Source: Laetmonice hystrix (Eukaryota). Taken from it: DNA of 64,000 bases. A program made the translations under genes and the position numbers. Under the pieces are notes generated by a model that saw only the letters and a list, made by a program, of their open reading frames with translations, had not been told where the DNA came from and made no database searches. Position 1 is the stretch's first letter; each line of letters opens with the position of its first letter. This document shows positions 11,858 to 25,819 of this stretch, in pieces. The stretch is taken from positions 16,988,001-17,052,000 of the forward strand of contig OZ249439.1 of assembly GCA_965235115.1 (NCBI GenBank). The letters run 5' to 3'.

Positions 11858-14800
11858 TATGACGTGGTTATCCATGTTTTGTATATCGGACGGATCCCAG
11901 AGGCTCTCTGGGCTAGGGGGGGGGGGTCTACTTCAGGAGCCTGCTTAACGTCCTACCTTATCGCATCGGTATTTATTCGCCTTCCCTGAGGAGGTAACGG
12001 TTTTGAAAAGGTTGCGCTGTCATGATAGGCATTCGTTATAATATACATGTATATATACCGCGTTTACGTTCAAAGACCAACATGAAAAAATGTTAAATGA
12101 TCATCTACCACCTGAAGTACCAACCTCAAAAATAAATATCGTAAATTAGATTTTTCTTTCGCACTGTGGAAGCCACCTGCTGGATCACGTAAGTTTGATA
12201 CAAGAATACCTTATATATCCTTGATATATTACTGTTTTCCCGTTGCTTTTTATCTGAATGTAACGCCTGACAACGTTCTCGCTGTCCCTGAATACTATGA
12301 ATTGTATGCCTCTGGCATAATTGCATATCTTAATGTAAAGCGGTCATATCAGCGTAGCGGACCATGCATGGTGCTCCGTTAACAACACAATTTTCAGTAT
12401 TTACACCTTTCGCCCCCTAGAGCTGTATATTTTCCAGTCGCACCGCGCCTATACCCCTTAGGACCGCGCCCCCTTAGAACCGGTATAGGCACACCACTGC
12501 CCCTGTTGAGATGCATGGATGCAGGCACATATAAACTGTATGGACACCAAGCGTCAGTTTTCAGTATCGCAATGTAAATCCAGGCACGACAGATACGTCA
12601 GACTTTATTCCCCGAGAACGGGGCTGATAAGTCAGTCTCGTTAAGATCCGTTTCCACTCGACCAGATGATAACGATGGGGCGTCATCTCACATGACCAAT
12701 AAACGGAGGATATCCCTCAAGTCATGTTAGGGTTGGCGGTGTGGCTCGGACCCAGCAAACTCCTACACAGATGTGACCCCGTGTCAACCCCATCGGGGTG
12801 CCCCCGGCTGCTCGCCATGAACTGCAAGGCACGGAGAGCGTGTTTCATCTTTGCCGATGCGCACATATAATTTCAATTAACATTTCTACGCACGGTCTTC
12901 CTCTGGCGTGCAGAGGTCTCGGTTCCTCGCTCCCGCCCCCTTGAAGCGCGTAATTTCTGACTAAGCTTTTATAGCGAAAAGAGCTATTAAACTGAGTTAA
13001 AAAATACCATTTTCTTAGCCATAAAATAACAAGTGCGTGTCTTCACTGTCGATGGGTGCAGCTTCTGCATGGTATTCTCGAGCATGCGCGATGCCATCTG
13101 CATGCACATATAGATCTGTCATGAATGTATACGGGGCAACCCATGCATGACCGTACAGTATTATAGTTGGACATAGGGTCTACTGGCAAAATACGGGATG
13201 ATACAGGGATCATTATTGGGTCTGTCATTCAGCGGGTTTTAGATTAGAAAACGTGTTGGTTCAAATGAAATAAAAAGCGCGCAGTCAGCTGAAAGTCCAT
13301 GGCAGATGACGGTGGAATGGACGCCCACTCGTCCACAGATGTGGCGCCTGCCACTCCTAATATATCATGTAGCGTCGGATGAGACCAGACGTTTTCATCT
13401 GACGGATGTCAAGAAATGTTTTTATTTTATTATTTAGTTGTGAAAATTCTCACCCTTCTTCCCTCTGACTGAAATCTTTCTCATGTGGAAAACAGAAAAC
13501 ATCGGTGAAAGCGCAGCATAAATAGTCGTGAGGATAGGCAGCCGACATAGGCGGCATCTGTGCACGTTGCTCCTTGAAGGGTAGTATTTTTGGAGGGTGA
13601 ATGCCAACCAGGTATAGCATGGGGAATGGCCAGCTAAACGGGTCGGTTAGAATTGATATTCCTATCGTGTATATGGTACCGCCCCTGGTCGGTCCGTGTT
13701 TCCCACAGAACCCCAACCCCCTGTTTTACATTAAGGCTCCTAAAACAGACATCACCGTCCATCTTTCGTGATCATCTCTATCTACGCACACGTATTCCAG
13801 CTTATCATGCATGTAGATCTGTGCGGGGAACATCTTTATATTTTATTGTGTAGAGGCCTGATTTAGGGAATTAAGGAGGTGTTAGACCATTTCATGTCGA
13901 CATCCGGCACTGCTTCGAGACCATGATCTGTCCACAGGAACTTCAACATAACGTTTTAAACTGGTTAAGATGTTAGACACGAAGATGGCCTGAGGGTGTG
14001 AGAAGAAGTTAATGAAGGCCACACCAGGTCCTGCGGCATAAGTGTGGGATGATTCCGGTTCTTGGACTCCATACAAGACCTCCCTTCAGGTTGAGCGGGC
14101 TTTCCAAACAGATCACATATGGTGATATATAGGCAGGCCTGCATAATAGGCGAACCCCAGAATACTCTGTAGGGTATCATATTAAGGTTCGGATAACATA
14201 ATCCGGCACTGAAATACCAGGCATGCAGTCACGGGACCTGACTTTTGTCCCCACGGGGGTGGGTTTTTTTTGTCCCCCTTTACTGAACGTGAACCTTTTT
14301 CAAACTATATATAAATGGTATGATTCTTACATGAAAACCCATTTTACCTTTAAGACACACCATGTGTTCGTTGTTGATGAAAGGTTATCTCTTTAAATTA
14401 ACCAATGAATTTCATTGGCTGTTGCCAGGTCAACAACCAGCCATGAGCTAACAGGCGACAACAGGCGCGGAATGTGGAATTTGATTAGCCTTCTCCATTT
14501 CTGAGGGTAAACATTTATTGATTTATGTAGTCTTATGCCTTACCAAACCTAACACCCCCATGCATGTCTGCAATTTGGAGTTATTGAAATGAGAGATACT
14601 CGGTGATTGCTTTAAACATGTTCCTCATTGTACGCCTCATTGAGCCTGTGGCGTGGCTTGGATACATGCAGAATGAAATTCCTCCCTGGCGTTCCTCTGA
14701 GATAACTGAAAGCACTATTCTGAGTAAAGGTTTACTGGAGCCTGAATAGCAGAGGCGCCTGGACAACAGTTACCTACATGTATATCTATGGGTTTGCCGA

Positions 14801-16944
14801 TCCCCGCAAGGAAGCCCCAGCGTCGTCACAGATTTCCTGACAGTACGAACTCTGTGAAGTAAGGCGATGGCAGTATTCCAACCAGCAGGCCCGCCAGGAA
14901 CATGTGGGAAGTTGGATAAATCAAAGACAAAATGTGGACGTTTGCAACCTCTCCAACATCCCGTCCCCGTAGATAATTAGTCAAGGGCCGCGGATCACAC
15001 AGAGACCGTTGCTCCACCTCCAAACGCTAAAATATTGAATTGGTGCAGCTATACGATATATACATCTACATAGGTGTGGATATATGTGTATATCGTTCTA
15101 ACGGTGAAGTTATATTTTACTAATCCCATGTTTTATTTGTTGATTATCTATATATAGGCCTAATTCTAATGTATAGATATACAGCTTTTGAACTGACGTA
15201 TATAGGTTATATACATTAAGTCTGCGCGTGCCACATCAGCTGTGTGTGGGTAAACTCTTTAATGTAAACTATATAAAATGGATAATTTACTGTGCGTCTC
15301 CTTGTTCTAGGAAAACTTAATTCGTGTGGCACAAGTTAGATCCCAGTATTTATTCGAGAAAGGTTTGGGAGTTGGGACGGCCGTAACATTAGATGACACT
15401 TAATTTTCTCGCCTATACTGACTCGTTTCCTGTATGAAAGAATCGAGCCGAGCGATCCCCACACCACGGTGATCGTACCTGTACAGAGTGAGCGAGAAGC
15501 CAAACTTCTGTAAACAGATTTTTCTGGGGCGCTTTTTATCAGCCAGATTACCGCTTTGACCCAGACATCGGCGGTCGGTGATGCCATCCTTTTTGGCTCC
15601 TGGAAATTATAACACGAGGAGAGCTGGGCGACTGGGGCGCGTCCAAGTAGAAGTTGCTTTTTTAAACTTTATACTTTTTACCATGAATGCTGTACGAATT
15701 AGGTGTCTATTTCTGGATGTGTGCATGGCGTCAAAGATATTCTGTGTGGATCTTCTGCAACAACGTTAATGAAAACAAAAAAAAACGAACTTGAAAGAAA
15801 GCCAGGATGATAACAGACTTATATACTCTGCTGCGAACTCTACTTTTATACGAAAGTGTTTAAATTCCTGCTATAATATAGCTACGTCCGTTTAATACAG
15901 AGAAGATAAACTACATGGACTCAAACTGGTACAACAAATTCACGCTTTTAGCCAAATTACCCTCTTAGCTGATCTCTTAGCTACTGTGTCAGTGGGGTGA
16001 AATGTGGATTGGCCGATCGGAGTGGTCGGCTATGGGATGTTTAGACATAGCTGAGTGGATAATTTGTCAACACGTTAACGTACGATAACATCACCGGACA
16101 ATCGATCAGTGTTTACCCTTACGTCTGGGGAGGCGTCCGTTCGCGGTGTAAACGAGTCAGTATAGGTGTGACTGTCAGTAATTTTACTAGCTTAAATTTG
16201 TATAATTCACATAATTAGGCCTATAGGATGGCGTCTAGGCACACAAATAGTACTATATTATAGACCAGTAGAAGTCTTACGGTATATAGGCCTAAATTTT
16301 GTACACGTTGCATGCATCTCCCGATGCGTTGTAATTTCTATAAAACATTTGTACCTGGGACCTCGTGCATTATAACATGTATAAAGCTGTCTGTGTGGTC
16401 GGCTTAGGCTAGATGCAGTCACAATACATGTAGGCCTATACACTGACTTTTTGTCGAGGTTTGTAATACATGGACCTCTGCACCTGTGCCGAGGTGAGCT
16501 CGTAACGTGTATACAGTATACGTCACACGGTATAATTTGACGGGTTTTACATGCACAGCATGTTAAAGACCTAATTACATTGTAATAATATATCAGTTCA
16601 CATTTCTCCCCCAGCGCATGGTGTTGACTGGGGAGGCTTTGTGCAGACGATGTAATGCGAAACACTTTTGAAATATCGTTACCCTGAACGTTCTCGATAT
16701 AGGGCCGGGACGTGGGTGTATAGACGTGTCTTATGCGCCCGCCCATGCACCAACCCCGCAGTGATTTTATCCATCATGAAGGTATGCCTTGTTGAAAGGA
16801 GTCGAGAACTCTCTCAAATACGTTGAAAGGATGGCTTTTCAACGCCACAAAGAAGGAAATTGTATGAATACATCATGATGTAAATGTTTCGGGATGTTTA
16901 CGTCCCTAACACAACATCTATTAAACGGGGGACATTGCTCGTGA

Positions 16945-17008
16945 CTGTTTCTTCGTCTTCTTCTTCGTCCTTCTCTTTTCATTTCTTTTCTTCTCTCTTC
17001 CTCCTCTT
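16945..17008. repeat. Pyrimidine-rich low-complexity tract (TTC/TCT)
   Basis: CTGTTTCTTCGTCTTCTTCTTCGTCCTTCTCTTTTC... almost purine-free. Confidence 0.85.
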
Positions 17009-17873
17009 GCCTATTTACATTTAGCATAATGCCCTTGCCTGTACTAAGAAATGCGGAGAGAATGAGTAGATTGTGCCTTGGTTGAGGCCAAATGACTGTT
17101 CAGTACGTGTGGATGATAGAAGGCTTTTAACCTGCTTTATGACTGTCGGGTCGCCGGCGTTAACTCGCTAGAGAAACCACACTGAGCCTGGATCCTCGGT
17201 ACATTTCTTGTGGAATTCATTCTATTCCCACGAACAAGTAGGAAAAAAAACCTGTTAATGTCTAAAGGTCATACCGTGTACCTCACGGATCTTATAGCCC
17301 ATATGTAAACCATTTTTATGTTATACGATCATTGTGCATGTGTATACTTTATTATCATGTGCATTGAAAGAAACTCAGATTAAACTTTAGTTTGCAGTGA
17401 TGCTTTATCTACAGTGGACCTAAGGATAGTTAATTTTGACATCTTTAAAAACGGGCCTTTTTGGATAACCATGTAGGCCTGCTGCTGGCCAAGCAGACTA
17501 GAGCTGTTTTCTATACTTCTCTAAATTTCCCAGTAAAACGGTCTTCACATCCCAAGTGTACAGCGACGAATTTAGAATGCTCACTGCCCGTAAAAAAAAG
17601 TGTACAACCTCGCTACGGGTTCCATCAGTCTTGTTCCTAAAGCACCCTGCATGGCCTTCGACCAACCTCACGTGGTTTCGGTATGCAAGTATGCCAGATG
17701 CTCGAAATTTCCCAATCACTAAAAGTCTACGTGTGCCTTCCTCAAAGTGCACCGTTCGCATGTGATTTCCATTTGGTGCCAATCATTTAATGTTTCAAAG
17801 GATATAATCACATGGGGATAAACCTGGTTTAAGTCGCTTCTCGGACATAGCTCTTTGTTCACGTAGCCCTAAT

Positions 17874-18041
17874 GCCGGTGTAGGAGTATCAGGTCACTAT
17901 ACCCCGTATAAAATCACTCTTAGAGTGCTCTAAACCTAGGACAAACCTATAGGACTGGAGCTCTCTAGAGTGTTCTAATCCTAGGATGATATCACTCTAT
18001 AGAGCTAGTGAAAAAGTATGATTTGACCCTGCTACACCGGC
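17874..18041. mobile_element. Short MITE
   Basis: GCCGGTGTAG at 17874 and CTACACCGGC ending at 18041 form a perfect 10-bp inverted repeat with degenerate extension and internal CCTAGG/CTCTAGAG palindromes. Confidence 0.5.
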
Positions 18042-20346
18042 CTTGAAATAAGAGTATTTTTAATTTATATACCACGTACGATAACTGGAGACACAGATGT
18101 GCACATTTTCATTACAACAAAACAAACTCCTTTTATTTAACCATTCCTACTCCTGCCGGTTCAATCATAGAAATTCCTTTTACATGAAGAGAAGTGCAGT
18201 AGAATCCCTTCCCCCATCAGCTTGGACATCGTTATAAGTAGGCAAAGTGAACATTTCAAGTGATGCGATGACGTGGCGGGCCAGATGTACCTGTGGGTTC
18301 TGCCAACAGGAAACTCGTATAAATGTCTCTTGGGCTCTTAATAAGTAACCAGAACCAGTACCTGGTTAGTCCGACAGTTCCACGTTCTCGCATGTCTTCA
18401 ACGTTAAATTTCACCCCCTACTTTCGACGCCCACGGCCGAGTGTAGGTTTACACATGTGAAGCTGATGCTATACACGACTAAAAGCAGCCGTAACGTGCC
18501 GCGAACATCCTGGCTGTGGGTGCGTGGTTGGACTTCAGAAAAAAACGCTACCGCTGTTTAACTCAAAGTTAAGAGTACACGATATCATTGGAGGTGTTCC
18601 TCTATATACGGATGTCTTTGCTTTAAAAGTATAGTCTCGTATGTTTATCTTGTCTGTTTATTTCCCTGTGAATTATATTTTCATTATTTCCAGTCGCCCC
18701 AAAAAGCGCATCTTACTGTCAACATCAATGACGATTGTGCTAATAAAAACATCCTGCGAGTGAAAGATGTGGAGTTTCTCTAACTGGCCTGTCTGGTTGG
18801 TCGGAGAAACTAAGTTGCAGCATATTAAGGAGGCAAGGGAAATACAGAATGTTTGAAGGATCAAAAATCCATTCAAGAAAGAACTTATGGATTGGTCTTA
18901 TCCTATCGCAGCCAATAATGTCCGAAGTGTGTTTTGGGGTGGTTGTACCACCCTATTATATACTCTTCGCTGCTCGAGGACTTGTACCCGCAACATGATT
19001 AAAGTATCATCGTATAAAACGCCAGACGCCTTCTCCCGTTTTTTTTCTAGAACATCCGGACCATTCATGTGACCAACTCGGTGATGTGACTCGTGGATTC
19101 TATCGGTCGTGCTTTCCACTTTCTTTATTTGTCTAAGGAGTCATTGATATACCACTTAGACGCATAGCTATGCTGCCACTGTATTGTATTTACGAAGAAA
19201 AAATAACGTCCATTAGTACAGCTGTTATAGACCTATACAGTAGGCGGAAATCTGTGGGGGTTCTCCGGGAATTTTGAAAACCTCTATCCCCTATACATTA
19301 TTTTAAGGCGAGAATGTTTTTGTAAAGCATTACTAAAGATGGTGCTCTGGTATAGTGTATTAATAAGTCGAAGGTACTCCAAGGTACAGACTAGATTTAA
19401 GAAATCTCAAAACACTTTTTGTAATGTATTAAGATTGGCTGCCTTAAAACATCATCCAGATCACGAGGCTTGTTTCGTCATTCGACGAATGAAGCCAAAA
19501 GGCCTATCCAGCTGCATGGAGGGGCCAAGCAGTTTGGACTATATCAACATTATATCAACAATAATGAATACTGTTGATAACCAACAACAAAAAGAAATCA
19601 AACACTTTCACAAGACATCCTGTTAACATTTTGGTTCCCGCCCTTATGTACTTCAGTAAATATTTACATATAGATGTTTGACATGACAGACTAGTTCTTT
19701 CTCGCTGAATTTCTTGTATCTTTCTGTCGGATTTGCATGGACTTGAGGTAGACCGGCTGCACATCTCACGACTACCAGGGAACATCGAAATATCTTATAG
19801 GCGCATGTATTAGGCCTAGATTTAAAGTGACATCGCTAGTATCTTCGAGAATAAAACACTTACCTGTCCCCTATAGTCACCTATTGACATATATATGAAG
19901 ATACACTGTTACTGCAATACTGCAGTATTATGATTTTTGTTAACTAAAACTCGGACCGAAGCCAAAACATGATAATTAGCAGGAGTTTGAATTTGCCTCC
20001 GCTCTCCGGAAGGGGCGCTGCAAATGACGTCGAACAACATCCCACAATAGTCCTAGGTCTTCAGGTATCACTCTACCATATTTGATCATCATCATACGCT
20101 TGCTTTGTAAATATGCCCCTGAGGGTTTTTAAAGGACGAAAGTCGATGTATGCAGCAGAATCAGCTAAAAAACTGAGAAAGGAGTTGGACAGAAGACGTG
20201 ACAGTGCTCGTGACATTGAAATAGATCGGTGGATGGCCCCACACTCCGAGCGTCACCTTAGACTGTGAGAGGTGCGCAGCACTGAAACTGAGCGTGGGAA
20301 TTCCCCATGTTATCGAAAATGGCCAAGCGGTTCGAAGGCAGAGCGT

Positions 20347-20570
20347 AGGCCGCCGCACACGACGAACATTTGTGCGCGAACATTTGTCCCCGAACAAAAA
20401 TCCGCTCGTGTGCGGTGATCAAAACGCCGAGCGAACAATTGTTCGTCAGTATTTAACATGTTGAATACCGACGAACAATTGTTCGTTCGGCGTTTTGATC
20501 ACCGCACACGAGCGGATTTTTGTTCGGGAACAATTGTTCGCGCACAAATGTTCGTCGTGTGCGGTGGCCT
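20347..20570. mobile_element. 224-bp hairpin MITE, PIF/Harbinger-like, copy 1
   Basis: Near-perfect palindrome AGGCCGCCGCACACGACGAAC...AACATGTT...GTTCGTCGTGTGCGGTGGCCT. Right flank is TTA; left flank CGT does not match. Confidence 0.9.
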
Positions 20571-21312
20571 TTAGATTGCAACGGAGTCTCACATTCTCAC
20601 ATTAAATTTGGTTGGTGTCACTTCAATTTATTTGAGTTTTACATGTGACACTAAGCTGATTTATATGGCAGGGGTTCGATATTAGCAGGTTTTAAAGATT
20701 TTATACCTTTAAGTATGCAGATCCATGTATAGGCCTATGCACGGTTATATGTATAATGTATTAAAGTATGTAGCGTTATAAATTCAGTCACGAAGACTGA
20801 GTTCCTGGCAGATTCAGTATAGACTCTACGTGTATTTTGTACGCCTTTGGTGTTTTTTTGGGTGAAGATTACGTGGGGAACTCCTGATGTATAAAGCCAG
20901 ATGGTAGACAGAGTAGGTAGAGTTATTGAATTAATAGTAAGTAAAAATAATTCTTAATGATTACGTCTCTTTAACTACACCACGGAATGCCTGAACATGT
21001 TAGGAATGTGTGGACATCAACTTTCCGGCATGTTTTTCTCTGCTTAGGCCACACGAATGCTCATGTGCAAGCAAACCCCGACGTGTTTTTCCCATCATAG
21101 GGTGTGGAGGCTTACACACAAAAAATATCGCGTTAATCAAGATGATACCACTGCACATCCAACCAGTATCGTACATATTCCATGAGCTTGTAAGTTGATG
21201 AATAAACATTCTGAGTAACTCACGGGAAGACATTTTAGGAAGGCGTGCTGACGTGACAGGGCCGACTGCCGCATCGAAATGCATGAACTCCTCTTCGAAA
21301 TGCACGATCTAA

Positions 21313-21536
21313 AGGCCGCCGCACACGACGAACATTTGTGCGCGAACATTTGTTCCCGAACAAAAATCCGCTCGTGTGCGGTGATCAAAACGCCGAACGA
21401 ACAATTGTTCGTCGGTATTCAACATGTTAAATACCGACGAACAATTGTTCGTTCGGCGTTTTGATCACCGCACACGAGCGGATTTTTGTGCGGGAACAAA
21501 TGTTCGCGCACAAATGTTCGTCGTGTGCGGCGGCCT
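21313..21536. mobile_element. 224-bp hairpin MITE, PIF/Harbinger-like, copy 2
   Basis: Same element with a TAA target-site duplication (21310-21312 and 21537-21539). Confidence 0.92.
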
Positions 21537-21717
21537 TAACGGTCCACGCATAGAGATGCAAGATCGTCTACAGGCCGTGCATTGTGCTACCAAAACATTT
21601 ATTGGCATGTGTCACGAGGGTAAACAAAGTCGAGTTTTCTCTCTTAAGACCCAGTATGGACAAAAGTCAGATGCGCCAGTGGCGCAATCTCTGTTACACT
21701 TTGACTTTACACTTTAA

Positions 21718-22237
21718 AGGTAATCGATCACCCTATACGGCCGCCGAGTTTTGTCGAAGCGGTGTCCCCATCTCCTACGAATCCGCGTATTTCAAGCTTA
21801 CCTGATCTTGAATCTATCCCACTGGACTGATAAAACATTCTGCCGTATCCATAACATTGTTGTGCTAGGTCTGTTGTTGATTATGAGCCATAATGAGGCG
21901 ATACAGTCCATATTTTTTATCTCAATGGACTGAGAACCGAGAACGACCGCCATGACCGCGTTAGCATTGGCGGTCGTTACTAAGCAACGGGATTGGGCGC
22001 ATGCGTTGCCTCGCACTGCTCCGCCCGCCCTCCCCCCATAATCTAAATAAGGGCATGATTTGATTCGCGTGCTCTCGTCTCTAGCCAAATAGGTAAACGC
22101 TTAATTAATTAATTAAAAATAATGTCGATATGGACGCGCCATGGTATACCAGACTGCTATAACCCCTTAAAATAATTGTTTTTACTCAAGCTTTGTTCAA
22201 TTGATTACGTTTATTTCAATTTTCGGTCAGATTTCCT
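21718..22237. mobile_element. Kolobok-like non-autonomous element, copy 1 (520 bp)
   Basis: TTAA|AGGTAATCG...GATTTCCT|TTAA. A TTAA TSD with AGG/CCT termini is typical of Kolobok. Second copy at 25820. Confidence 0.8.
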
Positions 22238-24914
22238 TTAATTACTAGGCCGGGGGAAAACGACCACATCAAATTATGTGAGTAAATGCGCACTAGTAGC
22301 CTAGGCCTACGCATTAACAACCGCTTTATGGCCTACTGCATCTCGGTGTGTATGTGAGTTTAAAGTGATGCACGAATCAGACTCAAGTTATTTAACCGGG
22401 GTCAGTAGGATCAAGCCGCTTGCGTCAGCGTTGGGCTACTGTTACTCTCATTACAGCAGATGTTTTGAAGGTACTCTGCCAACACCATCAACCAACGTGG
22501 AGGCGTATAGTGTCTTACTTCACGCCCAGCCTTAAAGACAAGCCCGAGTCTGAACAGACAGACGGCAAAAACACCATCCCATACCTGCTTGTTGTTTTAC
22601 TGTAAAAAGCAGAAACTTGATTGGAATCTAAAACCATCCTGTACACCCTTGTACCATGCAGGGAGACCAGCACCTTTTATAAGAGCCAGTAAACATATTC
22701 AATTTCACTGTTCAAATAGAAGGTCAGTGACCTTACTTCTGTTAAATTATTTACCTTTCGGCCTTGTTGCGGAAGCTAGAAGAGAAAAGAATTTTACAGT
22801 AAAGCAGTGTTAGAAAAGTACCTTGACTCCCAACTACCATGATGTTTCTTTAAGGCTTTTGCCAATTTACTATTATATTTTAATCATCATACTCCTTTTC
22901 TCAATATGGATTTACATGTACATGTGTAATGCTTTTAATTTTCGGTGTGCAGACTACTTGCGATTAGGAAAAGTGGAATTCCTTACCGTTAAGTATACAA
23001 ATGTATAGGTCTACATATTATTATTGTACATTCACGACTTATATTTCATCCACAGGTTCACAATGCTTCACTGAAAGGCATTTATGTGAGTTGACAATGC
23101 CAGTGCTGTAGGCCTACGCCAGGAGCACTTAATGTAAACGCAGTCACGAGTCTTGTTTAAACGTTATTATACAAAGGGATTAAAAATGTTAAACGACATC
23201 TGGAATACTCAGAACAATTGTCTTTTTTAAATATATAACTGTAATTTTACTGTTTTACTTTTTTTTCACTGCTTCAGATACGGTATGTCTTCGAAGCTCA
23301 ACCATATTGAACAAAAGATGGCCTTGTTTGGCGTTAGTATGGACAGAGCGGGTATACGATTACGATATGGCGAAATCGACGGGTGAGTTTACATTAGTAA
23401 CTTGTTGAGGAAAGGAAACCACGCCTTGGAATGAGCCGAAGTTATTATGGCATGCATGAATAAGCCATGATATATAAAAAGAAATATGGCAACGTATTAT
23501 TGTGCCTTTCAAATATAGTTTGAATAGGTCTTCATGGCCTGTAATAGCCCTTGTGATAAGTTTCTCACCATTGACGACCAATGTCGCATCTGGTCGCAGT
23601 CGGATCGGGCAAATATCCAGTGTTTAGCTTGTAATAGACATCAATATATATTTTTTAATCCCCGTGCCCTTCGTTATACTTTTTATTCTAGACGTCTCCT
23701 TGCCCCGATATTTATTTTGGAGGTTGACTAAAAGAAATTTAAAAAAAAACACCCCAAAAAACCCGAACGATTCGAATCTATATTAGAGAATGTTTATCAT
23801 GTGCATGTATAAATTGTGCAGTTTTATCCTTTCTCTTATACACAGGTTTCCTATTTTGGCAATATCCTCCCTGTAACTTTAAACTGGTAGTTATACAATA
23901 GAATGTTTTGTAAACAGGATGAAGTGCAGTAAAAATATTTATAATTATGTGCATGCATATTAATTATTCCACCTAATTTCATCTACTATTATTTTTACCC
24001 ACTGATATTTATGCGTTTACGATCTGTTTGCACGATTACGTGTACGTGAGCATGCATACTCTAGGAACATAGGTCTGTGTTGGTCCCGGGTGGTCGTAGA
24101 TAAAAAAGTTATAGTCTGAAGACGTGCCACTTGTAGGTATAGGAATGCAAGACGCTAACTTCAGCGGCAGTATTACCTCGGGTTACCTCTCGCTAAGTGC
24201 AGACGTAAAAGAAAGCGTCCTTTGGATGTGACCTCACGCATCGCTATACTTACCGTCTTTATAGATACTGTCAAACGATCTCTGTGTCGAGATCGCCTTG
24301 GCCTCTACGCATACTTTCAACAAACAAATGACACTGTGTAAAAGAGTACCGCTATGTAGTCACTGGACGACAAGCTTTAGAAAAGCCATCCGTCAGGCAA
24401 ACTGCAGAAAAAGAAGGAGAAATTCTAATGGGTATTTGTACATGTAGACGGCAACATTTATTTCTGTGACAATGCAAGACGGTGCATGACATTGCATTCG
24501 TAAGTGAATCTCAGAGAGTAGACGTAGGCCCTATAAAGAAGGGATGCCACCGTGTTTACCGGCCTTTCTTTTGGTATCTAAGGTATGGAAACGATACGTC
24601 TATACAAAAGGTCGATGGCAGACCTCCCAGTATGTAGTGACTTTTGTTGCACTGTCGCCTATCGCAGCTGCGGTTAAATTATAACTTCTCAATTATCTTA
24701 CATACATTTAAAGTTAAATTTGTCTTTGCAAAGGAAGAATTTATTCTGGTTTTACCTTTTTTTGTGGCATCGTGAGGCATGATAGATTATAAATTATGAT
24801 TGATTGTGAATTAGATATGTTACCCTCGTAGGTAGACGGCCCAAACATATTTTTCTTTCTCTTGTTTCTGATGCCCGTTTTAATGTTTGTTCATTTAAAC
24901 AATTTTACCATTAG

Positions 24915-25064
24915 CAGTGGAGGATTCAGGGGGTTGATGAAGGGGGCACCTAAAAAATTTGTTAGCCTCGCTACACTCGGCATGATTTGATTGTGCCTGT
25001 ACTACTGCATCTTCATCACAAAAAAAGGAAATTCTAAGGGGGCTGGCCCTCCCGGACCGCCACA
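24915..25064. mobile_element. Degenerate hAT-like MITE
   Basis: Left end CAGTGGAGGATTCAGG; decayed right end GGACCGCCACA. Confidence 0.35.
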
Positions 25065-25819
25065 ACGTAGGCCCTACCTGGTCTAGGCTATAGGCTCCCT
25101 CGGCCTAACTCAGAAAAAAGCAATAAGAGGTGTTTAAATTCCAACAAAATTGCGATCCTGATTGATCTCTAGTCATGTGTAGTTGCCGTAAGCGTGCGAG
25201 TTTCTGTGTACCTATAGGCTCATAGGTCTACACGCTGGATGGGGTGAGAACAGCATTGCTGTTTATGCTGGGACTCGAGGGCTCTATGTTTGACAAGGAG
25301 GCCTGCTCCCACAGGCAGTGTTCGGAGTGGGTGAGTGATATATAACTTTAGCGTCTGCAAAACAACGTATCTGGACGTCATGGCGGGAAACCATGCCCTA
25401 TCGATTTCTAAATGACCTTGAAAAAAAAGACCGTAAAATCTGAGCGGGTAGTGTGGTTCTACTTCCAAGCTCGAATCAGTGTTTTGGGTTCTAACGGACA
25501 CTTTTCGTCTATTTATATCTGAAACAACTTCAAGCTGCTGAGACAACCAGACATCTGTAAGACATCATAGCGTAAAGGACGCGTCGAATCGCCGGCAGCG
25601 ACGCCCCATGCCCGCATTTTAATGCAGTGAGTTCTTCCGCCTCAGAGCACAGAGCCTCGATGTGTAAAACGTGACAAGAAGCGGAAAATATAATAATAAT
25701 GACAATTACGTAACCCGACGTAATCGTCGACATAGCTAGGCCTAATTGTTAAATATGGCAAGATGCATGATATACAAGATAATATTGGGAAAATTAAGAA
25801 AGATAACAAAGACAATTAA

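Noticed and set aside
13882-14170. SLC6-like words SILGF..GLPI and G|PGVAFI on the minus strand
   Set aside because: In-frame stops lie between them, similarity ends right after AFI, and no other SLC6 exon was found. Probably chance; tBLASTn would settle it.
21000-21305. 101-aa ORF with a channel-like SSWNMYD and hydrophobic stretch
   Set aside because: A single short motif, GTG start, and no compatible neighbouring exons.
20347-21536. Repeat-spacer appearance suggesting CRISPR or a prokaryotic system
   Set aside because: The window is spliceosomal-intron eukaryotic DNA, and the repeats are TIR/TSD-bounded MITEs with no regular spacers or cas genes.
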